Shown here: positions 49,081 to 61,165 of the stretch, piece by piece
Numbering within the stretch: the first letter of the stretch is position 1
How the letters are laid out: each line of letters opens with the position of its first letter
Assembly (NCBI GenBank): GCA_964252035.1
Contig: OZ176206.1
Strand: one strand, 5' to 3'
From: Podarcis erhardii
Taxonomy: Eukaryota
Length of the DNA: 64,000 nt
The notes under the pieces: generated by a model
The model's database searches: none
What the model saw: the letters and a program-made list of their open reading frames with translations, nothing else
Told to the model about the DNA's origin: nothing
Position numbers and translations under genes: made by a program

Positions 49081-50925
49081 CAGATGGGATGGTCACCTCT
49101 TTTCCCCAAAACAGCCCAAAGAGGAGTCCTGCTGGGTCAGGTACCTTTCTCCAAGGTGGCCTGCAAGACTGCCCCCACGCTGGGAGGGGGGTGGGCTCTC
49201 CCAAACAGGGCCCTGAGGTGGTGGCCCCTTTCCCTCTCTGATCATCTACTTGAGGTAGACTGCCCCTGTCCATGGAGGCTCCCTTTAGCTTATCCAAAGG
49301 CTTGTTGGGCACCTCTCTCCACCCGATCCCGGAGTCTGGGTGCAGCAGGGCAAAGCCACTAAAATAATAACATTGTAGATTTGGAGGGGACCCCCAGGGT
49401 CACCTAGTCCAACCCCTTAAAATGCAGAAATCACAGCTGGGGAATCCCTGACTCTGAATCCGAGCTCTGTTTCCAAAACCTGCAATGAAGGAGAGTCCCC
49501 CACCTTCTGAGGGAGGCCTTCCATAGCTCAGAAAGTTGTTCGTAAGGTTTAGTAGTCGGTTCGGGAGCCACCCTCTGGAGCAGCAGAAAGATGGCTATCA
49601 TATTAGCTCTCGGTCTTCTCCACATCTCTTTGAGCCTCTGGAGTTTAGAAGTGTACTACCTCACCCCCCCTCACTCTCTGTCTCTCTAGCTAATAGCTGT
49701 CCTCAGTAAGCCTATTCAAAGGGAGGGCAGTGATTTGCACACACCCTGCCAAGCCTGAGCACAGGTTGTAAACAACGTTTGACAAGTAGCAGATGTTCTT
49801 TGGTGGCCTTTGCAAGCATGATGGGACATCCTAGGAAAGTGTGCCCCTCTGGGCCAGGTGACCAGTGGTCCTTCTGATCCAGTATTCCGTCTCCAGAGAG
49901 ACCTCAGGGAATTCCAAAAGTGGGAAACACAAGAGGGGAACTCATCCTCTGTTCCTTTTCATTTAAGAACATAAGAAGAACCCTGCTGGATCAACCCAAT
50001 GGCCCATCGAGTCCAGCATCCTGTTCTTACAGTGGCCAACCAGATGCCTGTGGGAAGCCAGCAAGCACATGATCAGTCTCTCCCCATCTGTAGCATTCAG
50101 AAGCATCACTGCCTCCTACCACAAAGGCACAGCTTAGCCATTGTGGCTAGTAGCAGTCAATAGCCTTCTCTTCCAGATATTTTTCCCCCCTAATCCTCTT
50201 TTAAGACCATTCAAGTTGGTGGCCATCCCTGCCTCATGTGGAAGTGAGTTCCACAGTTCAACAATGCACTGCCTGAAGAAGGACTTTATTTTATTGGTCC
50301 TGAACCTTCCAACATTCAGCTTTATTGGACGACTTCTAGTGTTTTGAGAGAGGAAGGAAAACTTATCTCTGGCCACTTTCTCTCTGACATGCATAGTTTT
50401 ATAAACTTCTATAAATTTTATAAATTTTATAAACTTTTATAAATTTCTCGTGTCCTGGGGTTTCCTTCTGAGGAATGGGGAGGGCCCCACTTGGCTCTAA
50501 GCTGATGCTGGATATATCCTCAGTCCATTTGTCTCTAGGCCTCTTCGGAAACTGCCAAAGATGCTCGCTGCTGTTGCTGCTTACTGACGTTATAGTGAAC
50601 TCTGAAACTTAATTAGCAAAGTCCACTAGGTGGGTTCTCAGCTGTTCACTCCTGTCTTAGTGACCTGGAAGCTTGCCTTGCTAGTTTTAAGAGGTTACCA
50701 TATTGGTCTCCAGAGGATGCTAATAAATAATATGGTTATCCATTTGCTTGGTCTTTGGGTGCTTTGCCTAATAATGTTTCCTTTTCTGCTTCAAGCTGCT
50801 TGAAGAAAAAAGTTCCTTAATGAACTAACACTTCAACAGTTGGCACAATTTGTCCTGTTTTATGGGGAGGGGTTTTTGAGTTAAGGGGGAACCTCTGAAG
50901 TCCTGCACCCCCTGCACTAGAAATA

Positions 50926-51151
50926 CAGTGGTACTTCGGGTTAAGTACTTAATTTGTTCTGGAGGTCTGTACTTAACCTGAAACTGTTCTTAACCTGAAG
51001 CACCACTTTAGCTAATGGGGCCTCCTGCTGCTGCTGCGCCGCCGGAGCACAATTTCTGTTCTCATCCTGAAGCAAAGTTCTTAACCTGAAGCAATATTTC
51101 TGGGTTAACTGAGTCTGTAACCTGAAGTGTATGTAACCCGAGGTACAACTG
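50926..51151. mobile_element. Tc1/mariner (Tigger-like) MITE
   Basis: TA|CAGTGGTACTTCGGGTT...AACCCGAGGTACAACTG|TA; internal cttaacctgaa repeats. Confidence 0.85.
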
Positions 51152-53069
51152 TACTTCTGCAACGTTGCTGCAGGAACACACATATTTTCAAGCCTCTCAT
51201 TTTCAAGTGCTTCTGCCAGTAATCTTGACAACAACCCTGTAAAGTAGGTCAGTGGTGTTGTCCCCATAATGCAGATGGTGTCTCTGAGGCTGAGAGATAG
51301 TATCCTTAAGGGCAGAGGCAGGGTTAGTCATGCAATATGTTTGGGAGGGGGTTGCACTCCCCTTTAAGAATATGGGTTATAATTGCTAGATCTAAACGCG
51401 GATCATGGATATCCAATAATAGCCACTGTGACTATCACGTTGGCAAGATCCAGCTTAGATTACTGTAAGGTACTCTTCATAGCGCTGCCCTTGTTTTGGG
51501 AAGGGACAAATGACCATCTTCAAATATACTGGCCATTTCAAATATCTGCCACGTGGAAGATGGAGCAAATTTGTTTTCTGCTGTTCCAGAGGGTACAGCT
51601 TGAACCAATGGACAAGCAAGGAGATTCCTATTTAAACATGAGGAAGAACTTTCTGACAGTTGCTGGAAACCGCAGGAGTGGAGAGTGGTGATGTGCTCAG
51701 ATCCTGCTTGTGGCTTGCCCTTTGGGTCATTTGGCTGGTCACTGTGAGAAAAGGATGCTGGACTACTTTATAACAAGCTCACCAGAACCTGGGACTGAAG
51801 GCCACCTGCTGCACCAGAACTGTAACAGCACTTTGCACCTATTTATAACCTGCCTTCGTTCAATCAAAGTCGGCATACATGGGGTGGTCTCCTATGCAGG
51901 CGCTGACAAACTCAGATCACCTTAACTTCAGCAAGGGCTGAAGGGCACATTTTGGACCTTGTTCAAGGCATGTCTTAGCATTGGCCCCATGATTCCTGCA
52001 GCAGCCCCATGAGGATGGCAATGTATTTGCAGGTTTTGAACATTTTCCCCCCATACTTGCTGGCTGTGTGTGTGTGTGTGAGAGAGAGAGTGTTGGAGCC
52101 ACATACTCTAACTACAGTGAGTCAGAATGATGCAGCCTCAGAGGAGCACCCCTACCGCATCTCTGAATGAGTCCTCTTTCTGGACCTGGCCTCCTCTGCT
52201 GCATTTGCAGTGGGTGGGCCAATCATTCCTGATGCAGACAAGCAGCAGAATGACCCCCTCGCACTGAAGGCTGATGCTAAGAAGTCAAATCTCTAGTCAT
52301 GAATCATGCAGAGACACAACGGGCAGAATCAATATTGTGCTGGAGGCCAGCACAGCCAAAAGCCTGGGGATAAAGAAATGGTTTTGCCTAGCACCTCAAA
52401 GTATGTTATGATGACGCCAGGCGAGCCTCCATAGGAAGAGCATTCCACAAGCAGGGAGCCACCACTGAAAAGGCCTGTTCTCCTATTGTCACCCTCTGGA
52501 CCTCTCACGGAGGAGGCACATGGAGAAGGGCCTCAGGTGATGATTGCAGTGTCCGGGTCGGTTTGTATGGGGAAAGGCAGCCATTATAAATAATGAATAT
52601 AAATAAATTTTTATTTTTACCTCGCCCTTCCCAGTTTAAAAACTGGGCCTAGGGCGGCTAACAGCAAATATAAAACATTGATTAAAATGTGACTTAAAAA
52701 CAGCATAAAATACAACATAAAATGCAGCATCAATATCAATAAAATTCAAAATTTCAGGGTCATTTTTTTGGGGGGGGGACAACAACCCAGTCAGTAGACA
52801 TCAAATGATGACCAGGGCTAACTGGCCAAGTTGGTCCTACTATTGCCAGCAAGAAGACCAGGGAAGAATTGAAATGTGGGGTCCCAGAAAGGGTTTCTTC
52901 ATAGAAGAGGAAAGGGAAAAGGGAATAGAGGATCAGGCTAATTCAAATTGAAGGCTGGGTGGACTAGCAGGTAGCCGTTGAGGTTCTAATGACCTGATTA
53001 AGTGTACAGCTAAAACAGCTGTTTCCTGGATCCCAGTTTATTGACTGATCCCTTTCCTTCCTGGTCTAG

Positions 53070-53203
53070 AAGAAGAGGATGGAGTCCTGGAAGATCTGGA
53101 GGAGTTTTATCCTGAGGAGCAGGTGAACACCCAGAAGAAGAAGAAGAAGGCCAAGAAGCTGAAGGAGAACAAGGCGTCTAAAGTCAAGAGGAAGAAGAAG
53201 GAG
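53070..53203 (+). CDS. CHD5: CHD5 exon 2
   Basis: gtctag|AAGAAG...AAGGAG|gtcggt; 134 nt; EEEDGVLEDLEEFYPEEQVNTQKKKKKAKKLKENKASKVKRKKKE. Confidence 0.93.
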
Positions 53204-54611
53204 GTCGGTTTTCTCGGGGTTTCTGGGATGAGGAAAGCAGGAGTAAGAGGTCCACATTGTGTGATTGTCCAGTTTATCTTGAGTTATTGTATGTACCTTC
53301 AGAAATGCTGAATTGGCTTATGTCAGTGATGAGGACCCTTCAGGCCCAAAAGCCATACATACCTCCAGCCCTCTGGGTCTCCTCCTATGTATCTCCTCTC
53401 AGCTGTTTAGCTGAGAGAAGGAAAGGGCTTGATGTTACACAAAGTGCACAATAACAGCTCCTTTCCCTTGCAAGGAGATCTGCTACAAGAAGATCAAAGC
53501 AATGGGAAAGGTGTGTCAGCAGAGAGGTAGACTTGTGCTCTTTGCAAATATGCAAAAAACAAAAAACCCACCCCAAAGAATCCATGCATTTTGCAATTGC
53601 ACACATGCAGTTTTAAGGATGCATTCACATTTTGAAATGCAAGGCTTCGGGTCGTTGTAAAGTAGTGCTTGCAGTTCAGCTGCTTGTGGACATTACAATT
53701 TAGGGAGGAGAACAGTATTTGTAGAGAGCAAGAGGGAATTAAAGGAGTCACAAGGGATTTACAGTTCACAGTAAGCTGAGGCATGGTTGGGCCCCCAATC
53801 TCAAGATTGCATGGCAGGTGCCTCAGCACCATAATGGGTTGTAGTCAACATTAGACCTAATCAGAGTAGACCCACTGAAATTGATGCACATGGCAAATTT
53901 AGCTCATTGGGCTCTCCTTTATTGGAGGTTTATAAGCAGGGGCCGGATGGCCATCTGTCAAGGATTCCTGCATTGCAGAGGGCAGGATGGTGACCCTTGG
54001 GGTCCCTTCCAACTCTGTGCTTCTATGGTTCGATAAATCCTGTAAATTCTAGCAACTGATATTCAGAAGCATTTATGCAGCGTGTAGCCATCATAACTGG
54101 TAGCCATTGATAACTTTCTCTGCCATGATTTTGTCTCATCCTCTTCTGAAGCCATCCAAGTTGGTAGCCATCACTTCTTCCTGTGAGAGTGAGTTTCATA
54201 GTTTAATTTGGTGTTGCATGAAGAAGAACTTTATTTTACTTGTCCTGAATCTTCCAACGTCCAGCTTCCTTGTATGTCCATGAGCTCCAGAGTTATGTGA
54301 GAGGGAGATAAACTTTGTCCATTTTCTCCATGCCATGCATTGTTTTTTTAAGCTTCTGTGATGTTGCCTCTTACTCACCTTGTCTCTGAACTATAAAGTT
54401 CCAAACACTGCAACCTTTCTTTTTTTTGGGGGGGGGGGTTAATCCCTATCCGATGGATCATTTTGGTTGCCCTTTCCTGGCCCCACTGGACAGAATATCC
54501 TCCCTCTGGCGGCAGTCTGGATTTGCAAAGTATTAGCAGATGTTGTTGATGTATCAAAACAAAAAAAATTCCTTCCAGTAGCACCTTAAAGACCAACTAA
54601 GTCAGTTCTTG

Positions 54612-54649
54612 GTATGAGCTTTCGTGTGCATGCACACTTCTTCAGATAC
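54612..54649 (-). ncRNA. Minimal type I hammerhead ribozyme motif (left arm)
   Basis: Exact reverse complement of 54869-54906. Confidence 0.75.
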
Positions 54650-54868
54650 ACTGAAACAGAAGTTTCCAGACCCTTCTATATAGTGAGAAGGTGGGGAGGG
54701 GTATTACTCAGAAGGGTGGTGGGAATGGGTGATTGGCAGATGGGTGATTGGCAGATGGGTGATTGGCATCACAGCTATCTGCCAATCACCCATTCCCACC
54801 ACCCTTCTGAGTAATACCCCTCCCCACCTTCTCACTATATAGAAGGGTCTGGAAACTTCTGTTTCAGT

Positions 54869-54906
54869 GTATCTGAAGAAGTGTGCATGCACACGAAAGC
54901 TCATAC
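54869..54906 (+). ncRNA. Minimal type I hammerhead ribozyme motif (right arm)
   Basis: Stem I GUAU/AUAC; core CUGAAGA (54873-54879); stem II GUGUGCAUGCACAC; GAAA (54895-54898); palindromic AGCU mini-helix III; predicted cleavage after C54902. Confidence 0.78.
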
Positions 54907-55569
54907 CAAGAACTGACTTAGTTGGTCTTTAAGGTGCTACTGGAAGGAATTTGTTTTGTTTTGACTATGGCAGACCAACACGGCTACCTATCTGTTGTTG
55001 ATGTATGTATTTCCTGGATCTCTTGGCACGAGAATTAGCTTTCAGTTTGAGGAAAGGGCCAAGGTGTTCACACTGTATGCATGCACTAATTCAGAACTCC
55101 ATGAAGGCAGGATCCCGATGTGGCTGTTTCTGCCCCATCCTCTCCACCTTACCAGAAGTGTTTTCTCCAGCATCTTGGGCCTTCCCCTCCGTGTGATACT
55201 CCAGCTGCATTGCAGCACCTCATTTACAGTTTGTCCCTGGTGGCTGGCTGTAAATCTTGGCAGCTCGCTGCTGTACCAACCGTGCTCTGTCTGTGGATGG
55301 TGCATCTGAGGGAGGGGAGAGGACCTTGGGGGATGCTTTTTGGAGAGAGCGGGATGACGGGACAGAGGGCTGCCTGCGTTCCACGGTTCCACAGGCAGGA
55401 CCCAGTTTCCTGGCATCTCTGTTTTCCAACAGAGCAAGTTTCTAGCTTTGCGAAGAAGTGATCGGAAGCATGTGGACAACGCCTAGAGAAGAAATCCTGG
55501 AAGCTGGAAGGGAATAAGGCTGTCAAGAGTCAGAGGGCCTTTGACGCCTTCTTACCTTGAAACAGGGGA

Positions 55570-55860
55570 AAGACCGTAGCTCAGTAGTAGAGCAACTGCC
55601 TTGCATGCAGAAGGTCACAAGTTCAATCCTTGGTTTCTCCAGTTAGCAATGAGAAAAGACGCTTGCCTGAAAATTTTAATTTTATTATTTGTGCCCCACC
55701 CATCTATCTGGGTTTCCTCAGCAACTCCAGGCAGCTTACAACATATACAAAAACATAATAAAACATGAAACCCTGGAGAGGTGCTGCCGGTCAGTGTAGA
55801 CAGTACTGAGCTGGATGGCCCAATGGCCTGATTCCATATAAGGCAACTTCCTATGTTTTT
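55570..55860 (+). mobile_element. tRNA-derived SINE interrupted by a short reverse L2-tail insertion
   Basis: A-box tagctcagtagtagagc, B-box gttcaatcc, tail ...tataaggcaacttcctatgtt; related copies at about 6245 and 23050. Confidence 0.65.
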
Positions 55861-57960
55861 CTACATACATTCTTCACAGGGAAATGAAAATTATGCCCAG
55901 CAATGCAAATGCCCTTAATTTGCATCAAGGACACATAATTATGTTTGGAATTTGTGCAGAATAATGATAATAATGATAATAGTGTTATTATTTTAAATGT
56001 ACAGAGTGTACAGAGTCCTGGCTGCAGAATGACATTATACAGCTCAGGAAAGACTAAGCAAGGCCAGAGGTCACTGCTCCCGATGCACATAGAGAGAAGC
56101 CCACATTCACCCTGGGAGTTTTATGCTCTTTCAAGACACGTGGACGAAATTAAAAGGATACACCCTCCCACGACAGAAATGAATGTATAGATTTCCTGCT
56201 CATGATTCTGAAGCTGCTTGGGCATGCGGGCAACACCTCCTTTGTTTGGGTGAGCATTTGCGGTGTTGCTCTAATTAGCAGAAGTGTTGGCTCCTGCGTC
56301 TGCCTGTCTCTCCTCTCCGGATTCTGGTAGCAATTTGCATCGGTTGACGGCACAGACGTGCGTGGGAGCGGCTCGCCCACCTGTTACGAAGAAGAGATGG
56401 GTAGGGAAACAGTGGTGGCCGTCTTCCTGGTGGTGTCGCAGAACACCGTTCTCAAAGCCAATGTGTGTTTGGGGGGGGGAGGAGAGGGAGGGGAGGTTCA
56501 CACATCAACCTTTGTTGATACTGATTCTCAGCAGCAGCTCTGAGTTTAGGGCACCCCTCCTGGACTTGGTGCCTTACAGACGTTTCTGGACTGCAGTTCC
56601 TAACATCATTGGTCATGTTGGCTGGGGCTGATCGGAGTCAGGAGTCCAGCAACATCTGCTGGGCAAGAGGTTCAGGGAGGTGGGCTAACACTGACCTTAT
56701 ACTGGCTCTCCTGGGCTTCAGATGGGGGTCTTTCTCAACTCTCCCAGGGGATTTTCTGCATGTGAGGTGCGTGCTGCTTCCATGAGCCACTGAGTGGAAC
56801 GTTTCCTAGTTGAAAGAAATGGGCAAAACTGACCAGCACACAGAACACCTTGCTCGTTTATCTGTTCCTCCTTTGGGCTATCGCCGTGGCACAATCCAGT
56901 GACCAATCTTGGCATGTGATCTTCCCAGAGGCTGAACACTGTCGGAGAACAGGACACTAGGCTGGGCGGATCCTTATTTTGATCCAACAAGTTGCAAGGG
57001 GGGAGGGATGTTGGTCCTCTCAATGGTACTTCAGGCCGGATCCAAGTATCCATTTCTCTTTCTTTGAATTTAGCTCCTCTGTTTGTGGAGGAGAATGGAG
57101 AAGGTGCATGCAGTCATCTATCCAATTCTTCACTAAGAATGGGGTCAGAGATTATGGGGATTTTGGTCCAAGAACATCTTGAGGTCCTCAGGTTGGGGGA
57201 CAGAATCTTGAGCCAGACAGACCAATGGCTTGATTTTGTATAAAGCTGGTTCATCAAATCATAGAATTGCAGAGTTGGAAGGGACCCCAGGGATCATCTA
57301 GTCCAACCCCCTGCAATGCTTCTTCATGCAAGTGGCTTTGCCCATTTTTAGCAGGAGCTGATCTTACCCAGGACTTGTGCATACAGATAATAGCTGCCTT
57401 ATACTGATCTGTCAGGTTTTGAACTGTCCATTCTGAAGCCTAGCTTGCCACTTTAAGCAGTATATGAATTAACAGTTAATTAAAAATAATAATTACGGTT
57501 GGCAGTAGGTCTTGGGCAAAGACCCTGAGATCCTTTGAAGTGGGGGTGCTGGCGAGTGGCCCCTAGAAAATCCTGCATATGAGCTCTTCTGTCTTCTGAT
57601 GGGGAGATTTTGGGTTTCCAGTCTTTTAGTGTGATGCGCTCTGCCCTGTGGAACTCCTTACCAGTTGAGTTTTGGTGGGAGCTGTTCCTGCTCAATATTA
57701 GATGATGTTTTAGATGACAGACCTTTCGTACCCGATTTTTCTTTTTTCCCTTTTTTTCTGCCAACAAGCTCTTACTGATGTGTTTGTGATGTTTGTATTG
57801 TGCTTTTCATTTGTATACCGCCTTGCGATATTTTCTTTGACAAGGTGGCTCATAAATATTTAAATAAAATAAAATAAATATATATAGTGTAGATTATGTA
57901 CTGTATCCTGCAGCCGCAAACCCTTCTTGATACATGTATCACTGCAGATGTGACCTGTGC

Positions 57961-57987
57961 TGTGTGTGTGTGTGTGTGTGCGTGTGC

Positions 57988-58034
<47 letters not shown>
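57961..58034. repeat. Compound (TG)n(AG)n microsatellite
   Basis: About 21 TG units (two CG interruptions) followed by about 16 AG units. Confidence 0.95.
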
Positions 58035-58039
<5 letters not shown>

Positions 58040-58903
58040 AAGAGCTCATTTCTCCTCTGCCTCCCCTGCATCTGCATATCTGTATCTGTGGAAGCCCCCC
58101 CCCCCAATCCTCATTCTAGATCTAGATTGCAAGAGATAATTTGTCTCAATGCCTGCCATTTTGGCAGCCAAATGCATTTGCTGATTGTTCTCCACCGGGG
58201 CTCTCAACAGGATAACCTGAACAGGAGGGAGATGTATTGACATAAAACAACCAGGCTGTTGTTTGAGTCTGAACATATGTAGATGGAAGTCCTTGTCAGG
58301 GAGGGAGGGAGGGAGGGAGAGAGAGAGAGATGGGATTTCAGTCAGTTCTGCAGAAATTACCATGGCAACCAATTATTCAGGCCTAAATTATAACTGTTCA
58401 TATCACCAGTGAAAAGCAACAGTAGATTTCTCTCTCCCCCCGCCTTTTCCCCGTTATTAAATGGAAAACTTGAAGGACACAGAATTATTAGCCAGTGCTG
58501 TCTTTGTGTGTTTCTATGATTTAGGTCCAGCTTTCCCAACCTGGTGCCCTCTTGATACTTTGGACTATAACTCCCATGGGCCCAGGCTAGTCCAAAACAT
58601 CAGGAGGGGCCTAGATTGAGATTTGGGGGCTTATATCAAGTGTGAACATCCATCCGGTCATGATGCGAGCTGGTCCAGGGATGCTCAAATATTTGCAGGC
58701 TGGAGATGGTGCTATTCACAATCTGAGAGAAAGTAAAGGGATATTCTCAGGTCATTGGTGAGTTTGCTCTATGCATCTGGTGGCAGCTCCTCAACCCCCC
58801 CCCCCCCCGCACAGGCCATTGAGAATCCAGCTTTTCTGATCTGCATAACCCCACTCCTTTTATCTGCATAGCCCCACCCCAGGTTCTCTCAATCATGCTA
58901 AGC

Positions 58904-59190
58904 CAGCGGTTGGCAAAGTTCACCTCGCCTGGGCTGGTTCACTCCAGTGGAGCTCCTTCCATGGGCCAGATCATGTGCATGCGTGAGCGCCCCTCCCCCG
59001 CGATTTCCAGCATCTGTGTCTGTGCAAACGCAATTTTTGGCGTCTGCATCTGTGTAGATGCGATTTCCAGTTTAGCACAGCGTGTGGGGACTCACCAAGC
59101 AGGTGGCTCGGTTCAGGAGTGGCTCATGGGCTGGTTAAACGACCCCCATGGGCCGCTTATGGCCCATGGGCCTTAGGTTGCTGCCCCCTA
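58904..59190. mobile_element. hAT non-autonomous element
   Basis: CAGCGGTTGGCAAA...GTTGCTGCCCCCTA; perfect 8-bp TSD tgctaagc. Confidence 0.88.
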
Positions 59191-59890
59191 TGCTAAGCTG
59201 TGATGGAAAGGTGGCATTCTGGGGGGGGGGGGAATCCATCATTTGTTGTTTCAACCAAGACACTCATGCATGGAACACTGGGCAGAGTGAAATCATGACT
59301 ACAGAACCATAGAACTGTTGAGTTGCAAGGGACCCTAAGGGTCATCTAGTCTAAGGCCCTTCAATGCACAAATCACAGCTAAAGCATCCCTGACAGGTGG
59401 CCATCCAATCCCTGCTCAAAAAGCTCCCATGAAGGAGAGTCCACCACCTTCTGAGGGAGTTGGTTCTACTGTAGAACAGTTTTTATCACCAGAAACTTCC
59501 TCCTAATGTTTGGTCAAAATATCATTTCTTGTCATTTGATTCCATTGGTTCAGGTCCTACCCTCCAGAGCATGAGAAAACAAGCTTGCTCCATCTTCCAC
59601 GTGGCAGCCCTTAAGATATTTGGAGGTGGCTATGATGGCATCTCTCAGTCTTCTCTTCTCCAGGCTAAACATACCCAACTCCCTCGACCGTCTCATGTAG
59701 GCTTCCAGACCCTTTATAATCGGCCAGATGTTTGCACATCAGTTTTGGTGCTTGTGCAGCAGCTGTAAATACAAACAGCACCAAAAGCTTCAGGATTTAC
59801 AGGGCAGGGGGGCAGCGGCAGTGACTTCCTATGCAGAGCATTCCAGTTGTGCCAGGGGATGCAGTTGGGTCTGCCCCATTCTGGGCTTCT

Positions 59891-59911
59891 GTCCCTGTCC
59901 AAGGTGCTGAA
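59891..59911 (-). promoter_or_regulatory. RE1/NRSE (REST binding site) in CHD5 intron 2
   Basis: Minus strand TTCAGCACCTTGGACAGGGAC; both half-sites (TCAGCACC, GGACAG) intact with the canonical 2-nt spacer. Confidence 0.75.
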
Positions 59912-60707
59912 ATCTTCCTGGCTTTATCACTGCCAGCTCTTGGTGCAGCATGTACTTGCCGCCTTTGCCAGATGGAAAGGGAAGCTGCAAAAATGTTGCT
60001 CTCAAGCAATCCTGGTCTCTTTTGGATCCATGGCATAAGTCTGTGCATCCGGATAAAACTGTTTTCACATTACATTTAAGGTATACACTCAAGACAATTT
60101 CAAGTGCTTACATGACACAAATGTATCCCTGACCATTGATCATGCTGGCTGGAGGTGATGGGAGTTGGGAGTCTAACAACACCCAGAGCCCCCAGGATTC
60201 CCCATCTCTGGTTTTTTGGATCATATTTAGAATGCTTGACCCACTGACCGCAACTTGGTCAGGTTTTTCTTTTGTAATCTAGTGGTTCTTTTCTTTTTAC
60301 ACAGAGAAGCAAACTTTAACTGCACAGGTTTGACAGATTATTATTGTGAACAGAATATGTTTTAACTGTTTTTCATTCTGAATTTGAAAATGGCTGTCAC
60401 CTGCCCATGGATCTGCTGTTGAAGGGCAGCTAATGACAATAATAACGACAAGAGAAAGTTGCCTCTCTGGTCTTAACAACCAGAGCCGTGCCTTTGAAGC
60501 TGCCCAGGAGGGGGTTGTGTGTGTGTGTGAAGCAGTCCCATTGCTGACAGGAGAGCTGACTGTTCTCTGCCTTCTGCCTCTTTTCTTAAGAACATAAGAA
60601 TGTAAGAACAGCCTGGTGGATGAGGCCAGTAGCCCATCTATTTTTATTATTGTTTGTTAGCCGCTCTGAGCCCGGCCTTGGCTGGGGAGGACGGGGTATA
60701 AATAAAA

Positions 60708-60757
<50 letters not shown>
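60708..60757. repeat. (ATT)n tail of a short L2-type retrocopy
   Basis: About 16 ATT units directly after gttagccgctctgagccc...ggggtataaataaa. Confidence 0.85.
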
Positions 60758-60982
60758 CTAGTCCAGCATCCCATGGCCACCGAGATTCCCCAGTGGGAAA
60801 CCTGCAAGCAGGACCTGAGTCCAGCACTCTCCCAGAAACCAGAAACCATTAGCATTATCACTTCCAACAGTGGAGGCAGAGTAGCCATGGATAGCCTTCT
60901 CCTCCATGAATTTGCCTCATCCAATTTTATGACCTGTCTTCCTTTAACTCATGCATGCGTGTTTGTTTTTGTCGAAATCTAG

Positions 60983-61165
60983 GGGAACCAAGACGACGAA
61001 ATCTCCGAAAACGAAGAGGAAGCAGGAGAGAAATCAGAGAGCGAAGGCAGCGACTATTCCCCCAACAAGAAGAAGAAGAAGAAGCTGAAAGAGAAGAAGG
61101 AGAAGAAGGCCAAGAGGAAAAAGAAGGAGGAGAACGAGGAGGAGAATGAAGAAGGAGGCTTAAAA
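60983..61165 (+). CDS. CHD5: CHD5 exon 3
   Basis: atctag|GGGAAC...TTAAAA|gtaacc; 183 nt; [48 protein letters not shown]...GGLK. Confidence 0.96.

Larger units (their letters stand above)
54554..54992. mobile_element. Penelope-like retroelement insertion forming a long palindrome
   Basis: Inverted arms 54554-54741 / 54777-54964 (188 bp, 1 mismatch), 35-bp spacer with 15-bp tandem repeats, TSD tgttgttgatgta (54541-54553 / 54993-55005); hammerhead motif in each arm. Confidence 0.85.

Noticed and set aside
50395-50447. Self-complementary AT-rich run (tttataaa units)
   Set aside because: Low-complexity slippage expansion inside a CR1 fragment; no further structure.
53823-53830. RE1 left half-site TCAGCACC
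   Set aside because: No GGACAG right half at canonical or nearby spacing.
54725-54768. 15-bp repeats as a CRISPR-like array
   Set aside because: Directly adjacent tandem repeats with no spacers, in a vertebrate genome with no cas genes.
54614-54904. Identical 66-aa ORF starts on both strands (MSFRVHAHFFRY...)
   Set aside because: Mirror artefact of the palindrome, not a gene pair.
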